From positions 312,001-376,000 of the forward strand of contig NC_045697.1 in the NCBI RefSeq assembly GCF_009834535.1: a DNA stretch of 64,000 nucleotides, in the 5' to 3' direction. Below, one piece after another: positions 24,136 through 36,314 of this stretch. Within the stretch, counting starts at the first letter, position 1. The number at the start of each line of letters is the position of its first letter. The notes under the pieces were generated by a model. The model did not search any database, was not told the origin of the DNA, and saw nothing but the letters and a program-made list of their open reading frames with translations. Both the position numbers and the translations under genes were made by a program. Origin of the DNA: Camelus ferus (lineage: Eukaryota).

Positions 24136-25797
24136 GTACTTGGGGAGTCTGCAGCACCTGGCATGTGGGTGAGGGTCCAGAGGGCTCACAGTCCATGAGC
24201 TGGAGGTGGGGCTCTGTGCGGGCGCTCCTGGCTGGGACCAGGGGCCAGGCCGACTGACACTTCCCCCAGCGATGCTGGTCAGCCTAACCCTAGCCTGCAG
24301 ACAAAGGTGTGCCCTCGGCTGAGCCCTGAGGAAGCTTGAGGAGGGAAGGGGTGCTGATGGCTGGTGTGGGACCTGTGCCACCCGGAGTCTCTGCCAGCCA
24401 CTCCTGGAGTGTCACTCAGACTGGGTGCTCGGGGAGCAGAGGGGGGCCTGCCTGCCTGACCAGCGGGCCCAGTGGCCGGCAGCCTCAGGAGATGCTCCCA
24501 CCTGGGCCTGCGTGATAAACGGACACTTGTGGTTTTGCCATGGAGGCAAGTGGCAAACCAGGTTTTTTAAAGCAGAGTTTCTATTTATAGACAACTTGGA
24601 GTATTTCCGTTTTATAAGTAAAATAGTGACTAAGGTAGCACCTTAGAAGCCTGACATGATTTTGGAAGTCCTCCAGAAGCCCCTGGGCATGCGTGTGCGA
24701 GTGTGGCTCCCTGGGCCTCCTACCCTGAGTGAGTGTCACCTCAAGGCACCTGGGTGCACAGCGCTGGGTCCCGTGTGCATGGCTCTGGTCCGACCAGCAC
24801 ATTCAGCCTGGAGGCCGCTGGGGTTCATCGGAGTGGTGTGGGGTTTGGCCTTTGCACCTGTGGGAAGGTGACGACGCTGCTTCTCGTGTGCTTGGGATGT
24901 GAACTGAATGGAAATGCAGGTCGAGCCAGATGTTGGCAGCCGGCCCCCAGCATAATAAGTAAAGGGCCCTGTGCAGCTCCCTCTGCTCCAGGGCCCCCCG
25001 AAGGGGCCTGGTGCTGAGTGCTGGCCGAGCTCAGGAAAGCCGTGTCCCCCCAGGGGCCGTGGCACTCACCTGGCTGCGCTGGAACCTTCTGGGGACCTTG
25101 GTGCCACCAGTTTCAGAATGGGGTTGTGGGTGTGTGCTTGTGAGATGCCAGGAGGTGACACGGGGACGTACATGAGGCTAGATCTCCTCGCTTCTCTACG
25201 GTCAGGGTCATGTTCTTGGAGGTCATGAGTTCTGCTGAGAAGTCATCCCTCTCTCTGCTGACTAGTTCTAGAGAGCTCTGAACAGAAGGGCTCGCACAGC
25301 GGTTGGGTGCCTCCTTCAGAGAAGGTGTTGCCAGGACATGACAGGAGAGTCCTCAAGGCCACAGGACCCACCCAGTGAGGCAAGGAGTGGCTGCTCATGT
25401 GGGTGCAGAGAACCAGCAAGAATGGGAAAGGCACCAGCGCCGCACTTGGAGGTCTCGCTGAGGAAGCCCAGCCTACCGCCCCACCCAGCGCCCTGCACCA
25501 GGCAACACTTCTCCTGAAGGACTGTTACCTGGCAACGCTGTGGCTCCCGTGGCAGCACGGGCCTTGCTGCCACAGGACCCTGCCATGGTCCTGGAGCGGC
25601 TCGAAGGAACCTCTCTGCCCGGGAGCTGGCATTCTGGGGGATCCGCCCAGGACCCTGGAATGTGCATCTGTGAGCGGGGCCTGGACAGAGGCCGAGCCTC
25701 TCAGCGCTTCTCCCGCCCTGGGGTCTCAGTGCCCTGTGGCGGGGCTGCTGGGTGCATGCAGTGAAGCTGTCTCTGACGTGATGCTCTTCTGTTCCAG

Positions 25798-25895
25798 GAG
25801 TTTGACAAGAGCATACAGAAGCTTCTAGCAACCAGAATTGCCGTCTACCTGATGACATTCCTCATCGTGACCGTGGCCTGGGCAGCACACACGCG
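25798..25895 (+). CDS. TMEM175: TMEM175 coding exon 3 (98 bp)
   Basis: tccag/GTATG; EFDKSIQKLLATRIAVYLMTFLIVTVAWAAHT(R). Confidence 0.96.
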
Positions 25896-27252
25896 GTATG
25901 GGGCTGGGCCAGGGCCTCTCCCCAGGCTGACGCCCACATTTTTGGCGGCTCGGCATGTGTGCCCAGTATGGCCTGGGCCTGCTGAGGGCCGGGGGCAGCA
26001 CGTGTGCCCTGGGCCCTGAGCCACCCGCTCTCGGGGTGGGCCGTGGCTGAGCACCCAGGAGGGGGTGTTAGTGGGCCTCTCCCCCTCACTGCAGGTTCCT
26101 GCTCAGGCCTCTGCGTTCCCATCTGCTCACAACCGTGATGGGGCTTCCCACCCCAGGCCCAGAACGTGAAGGGCGGTGGCGTGTGAACACAGGCCCACGC
26201 TGCCCATGTCTGGGCCGGGCACGGCGCTGCCGCCTGCCTGAGCCACTGTGCAACCTCGCGTGTGCAGGCCCCTCCATCCTGGTCCAGACTCTGGGGAGGA
26301 GAGTGGAGGCCTCAGGACACAGGAGTCGGGCCTGAGCTTCCTCTTTAGGGGGAAGAGGTTCCTTAGGACCCAGGGGACGTCTGAGCCCCAGGCCAGGGCA
26401 GGGAGAACCCCAGGGATGGGCTCTGGGTGGGAGGGGAGGTGATGTTCTCTGACTGGGGGTGCTGGGGGTGCCGGAAGCCCAGGAGCCCGTGAGGCACTGG
26501 CGTGTGCCTTAGAAGTGTCTCTTAACATTTTATGTCATGTACTTGCTTTCGGCAAAGTGATTTTCTGGCGGGAACAAGTGATCCTCTAAAGGCTTTGAGG
26601 GGCCTTTTCTCTTCTGCCTCCCGTGTTCACGGACAGCAAGGAGGCCCAGGGGCTGGCGAAAGCCAGGTGGGCCACAGCTGCCCTGTCTAGTCCTGCCGGT
26701 GGCCGTACAGGCTGCTGGCACAGTGGACCCCCCGTCAGCCCAGTAGCGTGGACAGGGCCACAGGTGCCTCACGTGGGGGCACGCTCAGCAGAGGCCACAC
26801 CCTAGAGCTTGAGGCCTGGCTTCCAGGAGTGGCACAGGTCCACCCTGGGGCCTTGTCGCCCAGGGCTCAGTGGGTCGCCAGTGGGGACAGGGCCCCTTCC
26901 TCTGACTTAGAGAAGCGCCCAGCCCCAGAGCCAGCCCTGAGTACCAGCCCCGAGAGGCCCTGGAGGCCCCTGGCTGGGTGCAGACCTCCTAGGTCGTGGA
27001 CCGAGGCCCGCTGAGCGCAGCCCAGGAGAAGGCCCCGTGCTCAGGGGGACACGGACGGCTTTCAGAAGGGATGTTAGTTTCCGGCCCTGAGTTGACTCTT
27101 GGTGACTCTGCCTGTCCCCTGGCTCCTTTTCGGTCTCTGGTCACGTCTTCCCGCCTCCATGGACCACCGTTTCGTCTCGGGAGCATGTTTGGTGCCGGTA
27201 GGACCACGTTTATTGATGGTGTGACTTTCCCCGTCTCCCTCCCATTGTTCAG

Positions 27253-27304
27253 ATTGTTCCAGGTTGTTGGGAAAATCGACGACACGCTTGCCCTCCTCAA
27301 CCTG
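27253..27304 (+). CDS. TMEM175: TMEM175 coding exon 4 (52 bp)
   Basis: ttcag/GTGAG; LFQVVGKIDDTLALLNL. Confidence 0.96.
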
Positions 27305-27450
27305 GTGAGCTTCTCCCTTCACTGTGGTGGGGGGGGGGTGCTGCCTGCTCAGCCCCCTGATGCCTCTGGGTGGCAGGGCCTGGGACCCATCTGCTGGCCG
27401 GCCACCTGGAGTGGCCTGCCCTCCCTGACCCCTCCCCTCCTCCTCCCCAG

Positions 27451-27486
27451 GCCTGCATGATGACCATCACCTTCCTGCCATTCACA
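27451..27486 (+). CDS. TMEM175: TMEM175 coding exon 5 (36 bp)
   Basis: cccag/GTGAGT; ACMMTITFLPFT. Confidence 0.95.
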
Positions 27487-28108
27487 GTGAGTCACAGGGA
27501 TCACCCCTGGTGTCCCTGGCGCCCTGCAGAGCACCACCCTGGGTCCAGCCTGTCCTCCACTGGGCAAGAGGCCCCAGACCTAAGATGTTTCCTCCTCAGA
27601 AGCTCTCAGACCACTGGGTGGTCCAGGGTGTGGACCACAGGGTTGCAGGGAAGGGTCTGGGGGAAGAGGTGTAACTGGGGTGTCCAGGCTCGATGGAGAG
27701 GGGAGGCCTCCAGGGCCCAAGGAGGGGTGTTCCCTCTGTGCTCCCTGGCCCTCCTAGCTCCCACCAGCCCCCCGAAGCCCATGGCCTCCCGGCCAACCTT
27801 GGCTTGTCCCCAGAGTGTGACCCCCACCGCCTCCTCAGCCAGCAGCTCCCTCTGAATTCTGAAGGAGGACGGTGCTCTGAGTTCAGTGCATCACAGAACT
27901 GAGGTCGGGGATTGTCCACGAATCTGATGACGTTTCAGCTCTAAATGCTTGAAGCCCTCGGACTCGCTCTTGGGGAAGGCACACCTCCAGGGCTCTTGCT
28001 GCCCTAACTCGAGGCAGCTTCGTCGCTGCCCAGGCACAGCCCAGCTGACGCACAGAAGGCTCCGGGGCCTGGGCCTGAGACCCTGACCCGAGGCCTTTGT
28101 CACTGCAG

Positions 28109-28192
28109 TTCTCCCTGATGGTGACCTTCCCCGACGTGCCACTGGGCATCTTCCTGTTCTGCATGTGTGTGATCGCCATCGGGGCTGTGCAG
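28109..28192 (+). CDS. TMEM175: TMEM175 coding exon 6 (84 bp)
   Basis: tgcag/GTAGG; FSLMVTFPDVPLGIFLFCMCVIAIGAVQ. Confidence 0.96.
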
Positions 28193-28482
28193 GTAGGACA
28201 TGTCCTTGTCCGCTCAGGGCCTGGGCCCCTGTGCTGATGAGCACAGTGAGATGGGGCCGCCGCCACTTTGGGGTGCTCTGGAGGGGAGCAGGGCTCTCTG
28301 AGACCCCCACACGGTCCTGGGAGCAGAGCAAGGGCTCCTGTCCCCCCTGCACCCCCAGAATATCCTGCAGAGCCTCACAGCAGAACCCTGCATCCCTGAG
28401 GGTCCCCGCTTGTATGTGTGGGAGGAAGGTGGGCACTGGCCAGAGGCCTCTGCTCCAGCCCTGCGGCCCATCTCTCCTGCAG

Positions 28483-28647
28483 GCACTGATCATGGGGTAT
28501 GCGTTTCACTTCCCCCACCTCCTGAACCCCCAGATCCAGCGCTCCGCCCACCGGGCGCTCTACAAGCGGCACATCCTGCGCATCATCTTCCACGGCCCTG
28601 CGCTGTGCTTCGTGGCAGCCGGCTTCTCCCTGTTTTTCTACCCTGCG
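28483..28647 (+). CDS. TMEM175: TMEM175 coding exon 7 (165 bp)
   Basis: tgcag/GTGAGT; ALIMGYAFHFPHLLNPQIQRSAHRALYKRH...SLFFYPA. Confidence 0.96.
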
Positions 28648-30854
28648 GTGAGTAGGGGCAGCAGAGTGGGTGAGGAGGCCACCCCAGGATGGGGAGGGAG
28701 GCTGCGCAGAGGAGGGAGGCACTGAGCTGCGCCAGGGCCCCTGGTGCCCTGGAAGCTGGGGCGGGGGCAGCCCTGAGCAAGGCTCACACCCACTCCCCAC
28801 AAGGGGTTCAAGGGGGGGACAAGGGGGATGGGACGCAGGGGGCTGTGCCTGCCTTCTCTGTTGAGGGGGCAGGGTTAGAGAGAGAGAAATTCCAGAGCCG
28901 GAAAGATGGAGGGAGTGGAGAAGAGGGAGGTGAGTGGTGAGTGGAGCCCAGCCCGGGCACAACTTGCCCGAGTGCAAGAAGAGATGGCCGTGCAGACGTG
29001 TCTGGCTCTGTCCCCGGCTCCACTGAGTGCGCACAGTTCTGCGTAAGGGAACGAGATGCCTTAGCAACATCCTAGCCAAGCCGCAGGGGTCAAGGCTGGC
29101 TGAGACCCCCCCTCTTGGCCAGCAGCTAATTTAAGGGGAACATTGTTCTAGTGACGCTTCCGTCATCCAGGAGCCAAGGTGAGTTCTGACAAGCCGCTGT
29201 CTCAGAGCTGCCTAGAAGCTTTAGGCACAGCTCCTGGCTCTACTTGAGCGCCAGAGAAGTAAAGTGAACGTTTAAACCTAAAGCGTCCAAAGAATTGTGG
29301 AAAAAATGAATGGTTCACGTTATTTTAAATCTCTAGTAAGTGTTTCCAGAGAATTCCAAGTTTAACACAAATAGGCTGGCAAGGGCTGCAGGGTTGTTCC
29401 CTGAAGGATGGGGCTGGGCACTGGGGTCCATGGCACGCCCAGTCAGGCCAGGGGCAGGCAGAGGGGAAGGTGGACACCCCAGGTTGGGGCAGACCTAGGG
29501 CCTCTGCCTGCTTTCCTCAGACTTGAACGTGATTGCTGTGCGAGAGGAGGGCCCAGCTCCCGCTGGTGGGAGGCGTGCTGCAGGGGCCCTCAGGGTCAGG
29601 CAGGGTGTCCTTGGCTGTGGCTTCAGCAGAGCAGCTCCCTGTGGACAGAGCAGGGCCGGCCAGGGCCAGCAGGGAGGGATGGAAGGATGGGGTTATGGGA
29701 CAGCAGGTCTGAGGCCGCATCTGCATCCTGGTTTCAGTGGGACACCCCTCCTGTCTGTGGATAGGGTCAGGGTTAGGGTGAGGAGGATGGGGGGACAGCT
29801 GGGGTGTGGCACATGGGGCCTGGCAAGGAGAGGCGAGCAGAGTGGAGGACACGGGGGTCTGTGCGCAGTAACAGGGCCCAGACGCTGGGCAGGGAAGGAA
29901 GGGATGGGTGGGCCACAGGGGCCAGGCTGGCAGTGCACAGCGTGCTATGGGGGATGGTGACCAGGCCCTGGCGGGACGGTGGCAGCCGGGGAGGAACACC
30001 TGGGCCGACACACTGGGAAAGGGGAGGGTCCTCGGTGGGGCTAGGGAGCCTGGGTGGTCAGCGCATGCGGCAGCCTCAGAGAGAGCAGTCATCTCTCTGT
30101 GCGGCGTTCTTCCCATCTTCCTCTTTGTCCCCCTTCCCTGGCCTCTTTGCCTGGGCCCCTGCCCGTCATCACCTGTGACATAGCTTGTCACAGCCTCCCC
30201 GCCCCCAGGCCCACCTACCGCAGCCTCCCTGCCAAGCCATGGCCACCCTCCCAGGCGTCCTCGCCACCCTTCCCCATTCGGGACACTGCTGGACCCACCC
30301 TCCAGGTCCAGCCACTGCTCACTGCCCTGACTCAGGTCGTTCTGACCTCCCTCTGGACCACCTTCCTCTGCTGGTGACACTCGGGTCCCAGGGCCTCTGC
30401 CCTGAGCCCCTCATGCCGGTACTGGCGCCTGCTCCCCCTGGACTCGCATCCCTCCAGACCAGGGCAGGGTCCCCCAACCTCCACTGCACTCGGGTTCCCT
30501 GTTGTGTGTTGTTTCCTCCTGTCCCGCAGCACCTCCCACCCCATCCCCTCCTGCCTTCTCCCAGAGCCCCTGCTCTTACCTGCCTCACACCTGGGATCCG
30601 CCGCCACCCCGTGTGTGTCTGCCGAGTGACGTGTGTGACTTGTCACATGGAAACTGGGTGATAAGCAGGCCTGTGAGGCCACCCTGCCCTGTCTGTTTAC
30701 AAAGTGCCCCTTGTTTCCCTGAGTCCTCTGGCCACGCCAGGTGACGTGGACACACAGCCAGGAAGGACGGGCGGGAGCCCTTCCCTGAGGGCGGGGCACA
30801 GGGTGGGGCGGTGGGACCACCTCGGATTAGAAACACTCCTGGCCCACCATGCTC

Positions 30855-31800
30855 CCCTGTTCAAATAATTGGGTTTATGCATCACATGGAATTGACCGCT
30901 GTGGCCGTTTTGAAGTGCACAGCTCAGCAGCATTAATTTCAGGCACATCGCTGTGCGCCCATCACCCCTGTCTGGTCTTAGAACTTTCATCACCCCAAAC
31001 TGAAACCCTATACCCATTAGCGGTCACTCCTGACTCCTCCTCCCCTCAGTCCCAGGAAACCACGAATCTACTTTCTGTCTATACAGACTTGCTTGTTCTG
31101 GGTATTTCACATAAACAGAATCACAAAATACGAGGCTTGTGTGTGTGGCCTCTTTCACGCAGCGTGTGTTCAAGGATCACCCCTGCTGTCGCAGTGTCGG
31201 GACTCCCCCCCCCATCAGCCACTGGTGGACGGGCCACATCCTGCGTCCACGGTGCTTGCATCTCAGCTGCTGTGAATAGTGACGCGTGAACGTGGGTGTG
31301 CAAATGTCTTTTCGAGACCCTGCTTTCAGTTCTTTGGGGTTTATACCCAGAAGTGGAATTGCTGGTAATTATCTGTTTTAATTTTTTGAGGACCCTCTGT
31401 TCTGTTTTCCACAGCAGCAGAGCCATCTTACATCCCACCAACAGTGTGCGAGGGCTCCAGCCTCCCTGTCCTCGCCGCCGCCTGTCCCTGGGCGTGCGGT
31501 GCTCTCTCGTGGTTTGGATTCGCGTCTCCCCGAGGACTGGTGGTGCTGAGCACCTGTCCCTGTGTGTGGGGGCTGCGTCTCTCTTCAGAGAAATGTCAGT
31601 TCAAGTCCTTTGCCCATTTTTCAGTTGGTTACTTGTCTTTCTGACGTGGAGCTGGAGGAGCTCCCACACGTGCTGGACACGAGGTTCTTCTCTGACAGGA
31701 GGTTTGCGCATGCTCCCAGCCTCCTGGTAACACTCCCTGATGCACAGCAGGTTTGCATCTCGATGGGGAACGAGCTGCCGGTCTTGCTTCTGTTGCTTGT
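30855..31800 (-). mobile_element. Antisense LINE-1 3'UTR remnant (L1M-type)
   Basis: catcaccccaaactgaaaccctatacccatt, atacccagaagtggaattgctgg and ttcaagtcctttgcccatttt. Confidence 0.75.
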
Positions 31801-31900
31801 GCTGCCCTCCCTCTGGAGCGGATGGCTCCAGGGTGGGATTCCTGGGCCCGGCCCTCGGTGGAGGTGCCAAGCCCCACTGACGCACCCGTGTCTCCTGCAG

Positions 31901-31979
31901 TCGTACCTGCTGATGGCGACAGTCATCTTCCTCCCCTACGTCAGCAAGGCCGCCAGCTGGTGCCGAGGCAGGCTTGTGG
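31901..31979 (+). CDS. TMEM175: TMEM175 coding exon 8 (79 bp)
   Basis: tgcag/GTAGG; SYLLMATVIFLPYVSKAASWCRGRLV(G). Confidence 0.95.
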
Positions 31980-32155
31980 GTAGGTGCCTGGGCAGGCTAG
32001 AGTGGGGGCCTCGGAGCACCCTTGCCAGCCGGGCGTCCCTGCAGGGTCCCCTCCCCTGGCCTGCATGCTCCGGCCCCTCAGGCAAGAGGGCAGCGACCCC
32101 CAGCTGGCCCCGAGGCCCTGAGGGCTTGGCCGCTCCTCCCCCTGCACTCCCGCAG

Positions 32156-32291
32156 GCCCCAGGGAGCCCCCAGCTCACAGCCTGGAGTTCTTCACCTTCG
32201 ACCTGCATGGGCCTCTCAGCAAGGAGCGGGTGGAGGCCTTCAGCGACGGGGTCTACGCCATCGTGGCCACGCTGCTCATCCTGGACATTTG
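32156..32291 (+). CDS. TMEM175: TMEM175 coding exon 9 (136 bp), second RxxxFSD motif
   Basis: cgcag/GTGAG; ...PLSKERVEAFSDGVYAIVATLLILDI(C). Confidence 0.97.
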
Positions 32292-33445
32292 GTGAGGACC
32301 TGCCCAGGCTCCAACCCCAGAGGCCCTGAGGTCTCCCTGCCCCCCTCCCCAGAGGGAGCCCCACCCTGAGGACCCACCTGACTGAGTGGGTGGCTTCCCA
32401 GCTCCCTATGTCGGTCCCCAAGTTCCACTGAGTTCCTGCCCCCACCCTTCACTGCAGCTCTTCTGCTCCACCTGGCCTGTCCTCCAGTCAGTCTGAGCTC
32501 CAGCCTGAGTTACTGGCCTTTTATTTCTAAGTGTTCTACCTGCTGCTTTTCCAGCTTTCCGTCCTTTTTTGTAGTGTTTTACTCCTCGGTCAGGTTCCAG
32601 TTTGTTCTTACTTTGTCAGTGTTGAAACACCCTGATTTTCTGTTCTGCTTCTGACAGTCTGCAGTCACGATGCTCCCAGTTTTCTCTTGGCAGAGTTTTC
32701 TTACTGTCATTTGTGAATTTTTAAGAAGTCGGGAGCAAATGCTTATTGGTACCAGTCTCCGAGGCCTAGACCTGTGGTTCTGGAATGAGCTGGCTTTGCC
32801 TCTGCTCTGCAGCCAGAGCCATTCTGCAGGTCCCCCCAGCGGGGGCAGCACGGAGTGGCTGTGGGGCCCAGGGGCCCAGGTGCAGACCCCCAGGAAACCC
32901 CCCGTCTCTGTCCGCTGCTTTTGTGAGGACAGAGGTGGCCCAGGCTGCTTCAGCCCTTCCACAGCACCCACCACCTCCATGCGGGGAGAAGCCTGGGCCC
33001 AGCGTGCCTTCACATTGGTCCTTACAGTGAAGTTCGGCCCAGGAATCAGAACCTCAGAGGCAAACCCCCTCAGATCTGCAGGACCACTGTGGACTGCAGG
33101 AAGCTGCAGGAGGGTGGACAGACCTCACAAGCCCCCACCCACGTGGGCCAGAGGGGCCAAGGGCTCAGGGCCCAGGCTGCTCACCAGCCCCAGGGGCCAG
33201 CAGGCAGGGCTGCCAGTCAGCAGAGAAACCCAAGATGCAGTTAAATTTGAGCTTGTGAGCACTGAATTGTTTAGTATCCTGCCTGCAGTGAGCACAGATC
33301 AAGGAAAACTCAGTGCACGTCATTCATCTGAAGTTGGGGGGGAGGGCAGGATGCAGCCCCTCAGGCCTGGGACAGGGTGGGCCAGCAGCCCTGAGCCGAC
33401 GCCCTCAGTACGGCTGCTGCAAATGCCACGTGTCTCACTCCTCAG

Positions 33446-34124
33446 CGAAGACAACGTCCCAGACCCCAAGGACGTGCGGGAGAAGTTCAGCGGCAGCCTG
33501 GTGGCAGCACTGAGCGAGTCGGGGCCACACTTCCTGGCCTACTTCGGCTCCTTCGCCACGGTCGGCCTGCTCTGGTTTGCCCACCACTCGCTCTTCCTGC
33601 ACGTCCGCAAGGCCACGCAGCCCATGGGGCTGCTCAACACACTCTCGCTGGCCTTCGTGGGCGGCCTGCCCCTGGCCTACCAGCAGACCTCGGCCTTCGC
33701 GCGGCAGCCCCACGACGAGCTGGAGAGGGTGCGCGTCAGCTGCGCCATCATCTTCTTCGCCAGCATCTTCCAGTTTGCCATCTGGACCACGGCGCTGCTG
33801 CAGGAGGGGGAGACGCTGCAGCCCTCCGCGCGCTTTGGCGGCCAGGAGCACGCCTTCATGTTTGCCAAGCTCGCGCTGTACCCCTGTGCCAGCCTGCTGG
33901 CCTTTGCCTCCACCTGCATCCTGACCAGGTTCAGCACGGCCATCTTCCACCTCATGCAGATCGCTGTGCCCTTCGCCTTTCTGCTGCTGCGGCTCCTCGT
34001 GCGCCTGGCACTGGCCATCCTGCGGGCCCTGCCGCGCCTTGCCCTGCGGCCGGCACCCACCCGGCCAGCGCCCGGGGGCCCCAGGGACGACACGTGCTCC
34101 CCACTCCTCCCTGCTCCCTGCTAG
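33446..34124 (+). CDS. TMEM175: TMEM175 last coding exon; total CDS 1521 bp = 506 aa
   Basis: ctcag acceptor; EDNVPDPKDVREKFSGSLV...LLPAPC-TAG; exon lengths sum to a multiple of 3. Confidence 0.98.
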
Positions 34125-35739
34125 TGCCACCGGCACCCCCAACCCCAGCCTGAGGTCGGCGCATGCGCGGGGCCAGCTTGAGTCTTTTCCTTGTGAGACT
34201 CCTGCGCGGCATGAGTCCGCGGGTTGTCATCTGCTTGCGCAGTTAAGAGTCTCATGGGAGCTTCACTTGTGTTGCCGCATCCTTCTGTCCGCCCAGGTCT
34301 ACTTTTCTGCCTCTGCCTCCGTCAAGCAAAGATGGGCTGCGGGCAGGGGGCGGCTGGGGACCAGCGGGGAGACCACAGCCTCAGCCCGAGGCGACCGTGG
34401 GTGTATGACGTGGCCCGCGTCCTGGACAGGTAGCGGCCCCTCCCCAGCCCCACTGTCCCTGCCCACGGAGAGCCCAGTGGTGCTGGGCTGCCAGCCAGCC
34501 CTCCCCACACCACAGACTGGTCTCAGGCGCAGAGAAGCAGGAGACCATGCAGGACTGGATTCCCGGACTGTATTTGTCCCAGATATAAGTTATGGTCGCC
34601 TTCAGGTAGTGGTAAGTTACACATGAGGGAGGGCATCAGTGCGGAGCCCCCTCTGGGGACACAGACTCAAATACGGAGGACCTGACCACCCACAGGGCCT
34701 GCAAAGCAAAAGCCAAGTCCACCCCTGGGGACACAGACGTGAGAGTCTCACACATCACACGTGTTCCAGAGGAACCTGAGAAGGCTGCCCATCACTTGCA
34801 GCCCTTACGATGCATGTCCGGGCGGTTTTGGCACAAGCTTGGGGGGCTGGGTGGGGCCACATCTGAGGTTGAGGCCAAACGTCCTGGTGATGCTGCCGCC
34901 TGAGGTGTGAAGGCTAGGAGGCCCGACTGCCAAGGGCGAGGGTACCAGACAGTCAGGAGAGGCAGGCCCTCTGGGGCACGGGACGTGCTAGGCAGCTTGT
35001 TAGGTTCTGATCAGGTTCCCCTGTGGCCTGAGCCAGCTGGACTTGGGCTCAGCAGCAGGGCTGTGGTGAGCAGCCCGCCCAGCAGCCACAGCCATGTCCC
35101 ATATCACCGAGCTCCCCCATGGAGAAGCACTGAGACAAGTCTGGCCCACCGAGCAGACATGGAACTGGCTTGGTGACTGGACAGATGGAAGGAAAAGCCC
35201 CACACTGACCTCAGTGATTAAAGCCACTGCTCCCCACTTCACGCTCTCCTGACTCCCTCTGGGCTCCCGGCCAGGCCTGCTGCTCCCTGCTGGGCAGCAC
35301 ACCAGGTCTCCAGGGAGAAGCCAAGCCCACCTGGCCTCCCCAGGTGCAGCCCTGTCACTCCAGGGCCACCAGCCCAGCTCAAGGCCAGGCCCAGTGGTGA
35401 AGTGAGGCCAGGGGAAATAGTGCCTGAGGGGTCCTGGGTCCATCCTGGGCACATCCAGGGCCCGTGAGTGTAGCCAGAGGGGTGGGAGATGCAGTCCAGC
35501 ACTGCCCCTCTCAAGGGGTTCAGTGGAGGCACAGGGACACAAAGGGAGGAGTGCTTGCCCCCCCAGGACAGTGGCCCGGGCCCCAGGGGGTGAGGGGGTG
35601 GCCAGTGGGAGCCCCATGCCCAACACCCACCCTGCAGCTTCCGTGTGGCACAGGGATGGGGACAAGGAGACGCCTGTGGTCAGAGCTGTGTTTGAGTCCC
35701 TCCACCGCGGGCACTTCTGCAGGACTCCAGGGCCCTCCT

Positions 35740-35841
35740 CTACTTGGAGTCTCCCTCGGGGGCAGGCTCCCCGTCCACTCGTGCATCCCTGGGGGTCCCA
35801 GCCTTCCTGGGCTTCTGCTTGGCCTTCCTGAGCATGTGGAC
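35740..35841 (-). CDS. DGKQ: DGKQ exon 23 coding part; total CDS 2844 bp = 947 aa
   Basis: VHMLRKAKQKPRKAGTPRDARVDGEPAPEGDSK-TAG; exon lengths sum to a multiple of 3. Confidence 0.95.
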   Translation of the reverse strand, partial: VHMLRKAKQKPRKAGTPRDARVDGEPAPEGDSK

Positions 35842-36161
35842 CTGTCCCAGGACAGACAGGGTCAGATGGCTGCCCGACACTGCAGGCAACTGGCCTGGGG
35901 CTCCTGTAACAGCTGGTGCCACCTCAGCCCACTTCATAGGATGGGAAGGAGCAGGAGGCTTAAGCTTGCTGCCCTAGAGATACCCTCCCCTCTGAGGCAC
36001 CAGGGGGCTCATTTCCATGAGAAACAGGTGCCCCTTAGGGGCTGGCCAGCCTCTTCCAGGCCCTGTGACCTCCCCTGGGCACCTGGCCAGGCCAGCCAGT
36101 ACCAAGCCCACCTGACTGCTGGCTCTCCGGCCGCACCCAGCTCAACCTACACTTAACATAC

Positions 36162-36314
36162 CTTGGGGCCTGCAGCTGAGATGATCATGTGCCCGGGAGC
36201 CTGGACCCAGGGCTCGCCATCCACCTGCACAGGTGTGGCCTTGAGGAGGGTGACACGGAAGTAGGACCCCTGGGCGATGCGGATACCAGAGCGCAGCCCA
36301 CCCTGGACCTGACC
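36162..36314 (-). CDS. DGKQ: DGKQ exon 22 (153 bp)
   Basis: GQVQGGLRSGIRIAQGSYFRVTLLKATPVQVDGEPWVQAPGHMIISAAGPK. Confidence 0.96.

Noticed and set aside
29137..29150. GGAACA-T-TGTTCT as a glucocorticoid response element
   Set aside because: Half-site spacing is 1 nt, not the 3 nt required.
33435..34142. 235-aa ORF antisense to the TMEM175 last exon, and similar + ORFs over SLC26A1
   Set aside because: Shadow ORFs caused by high GC3 codon usage on the real coding strand.
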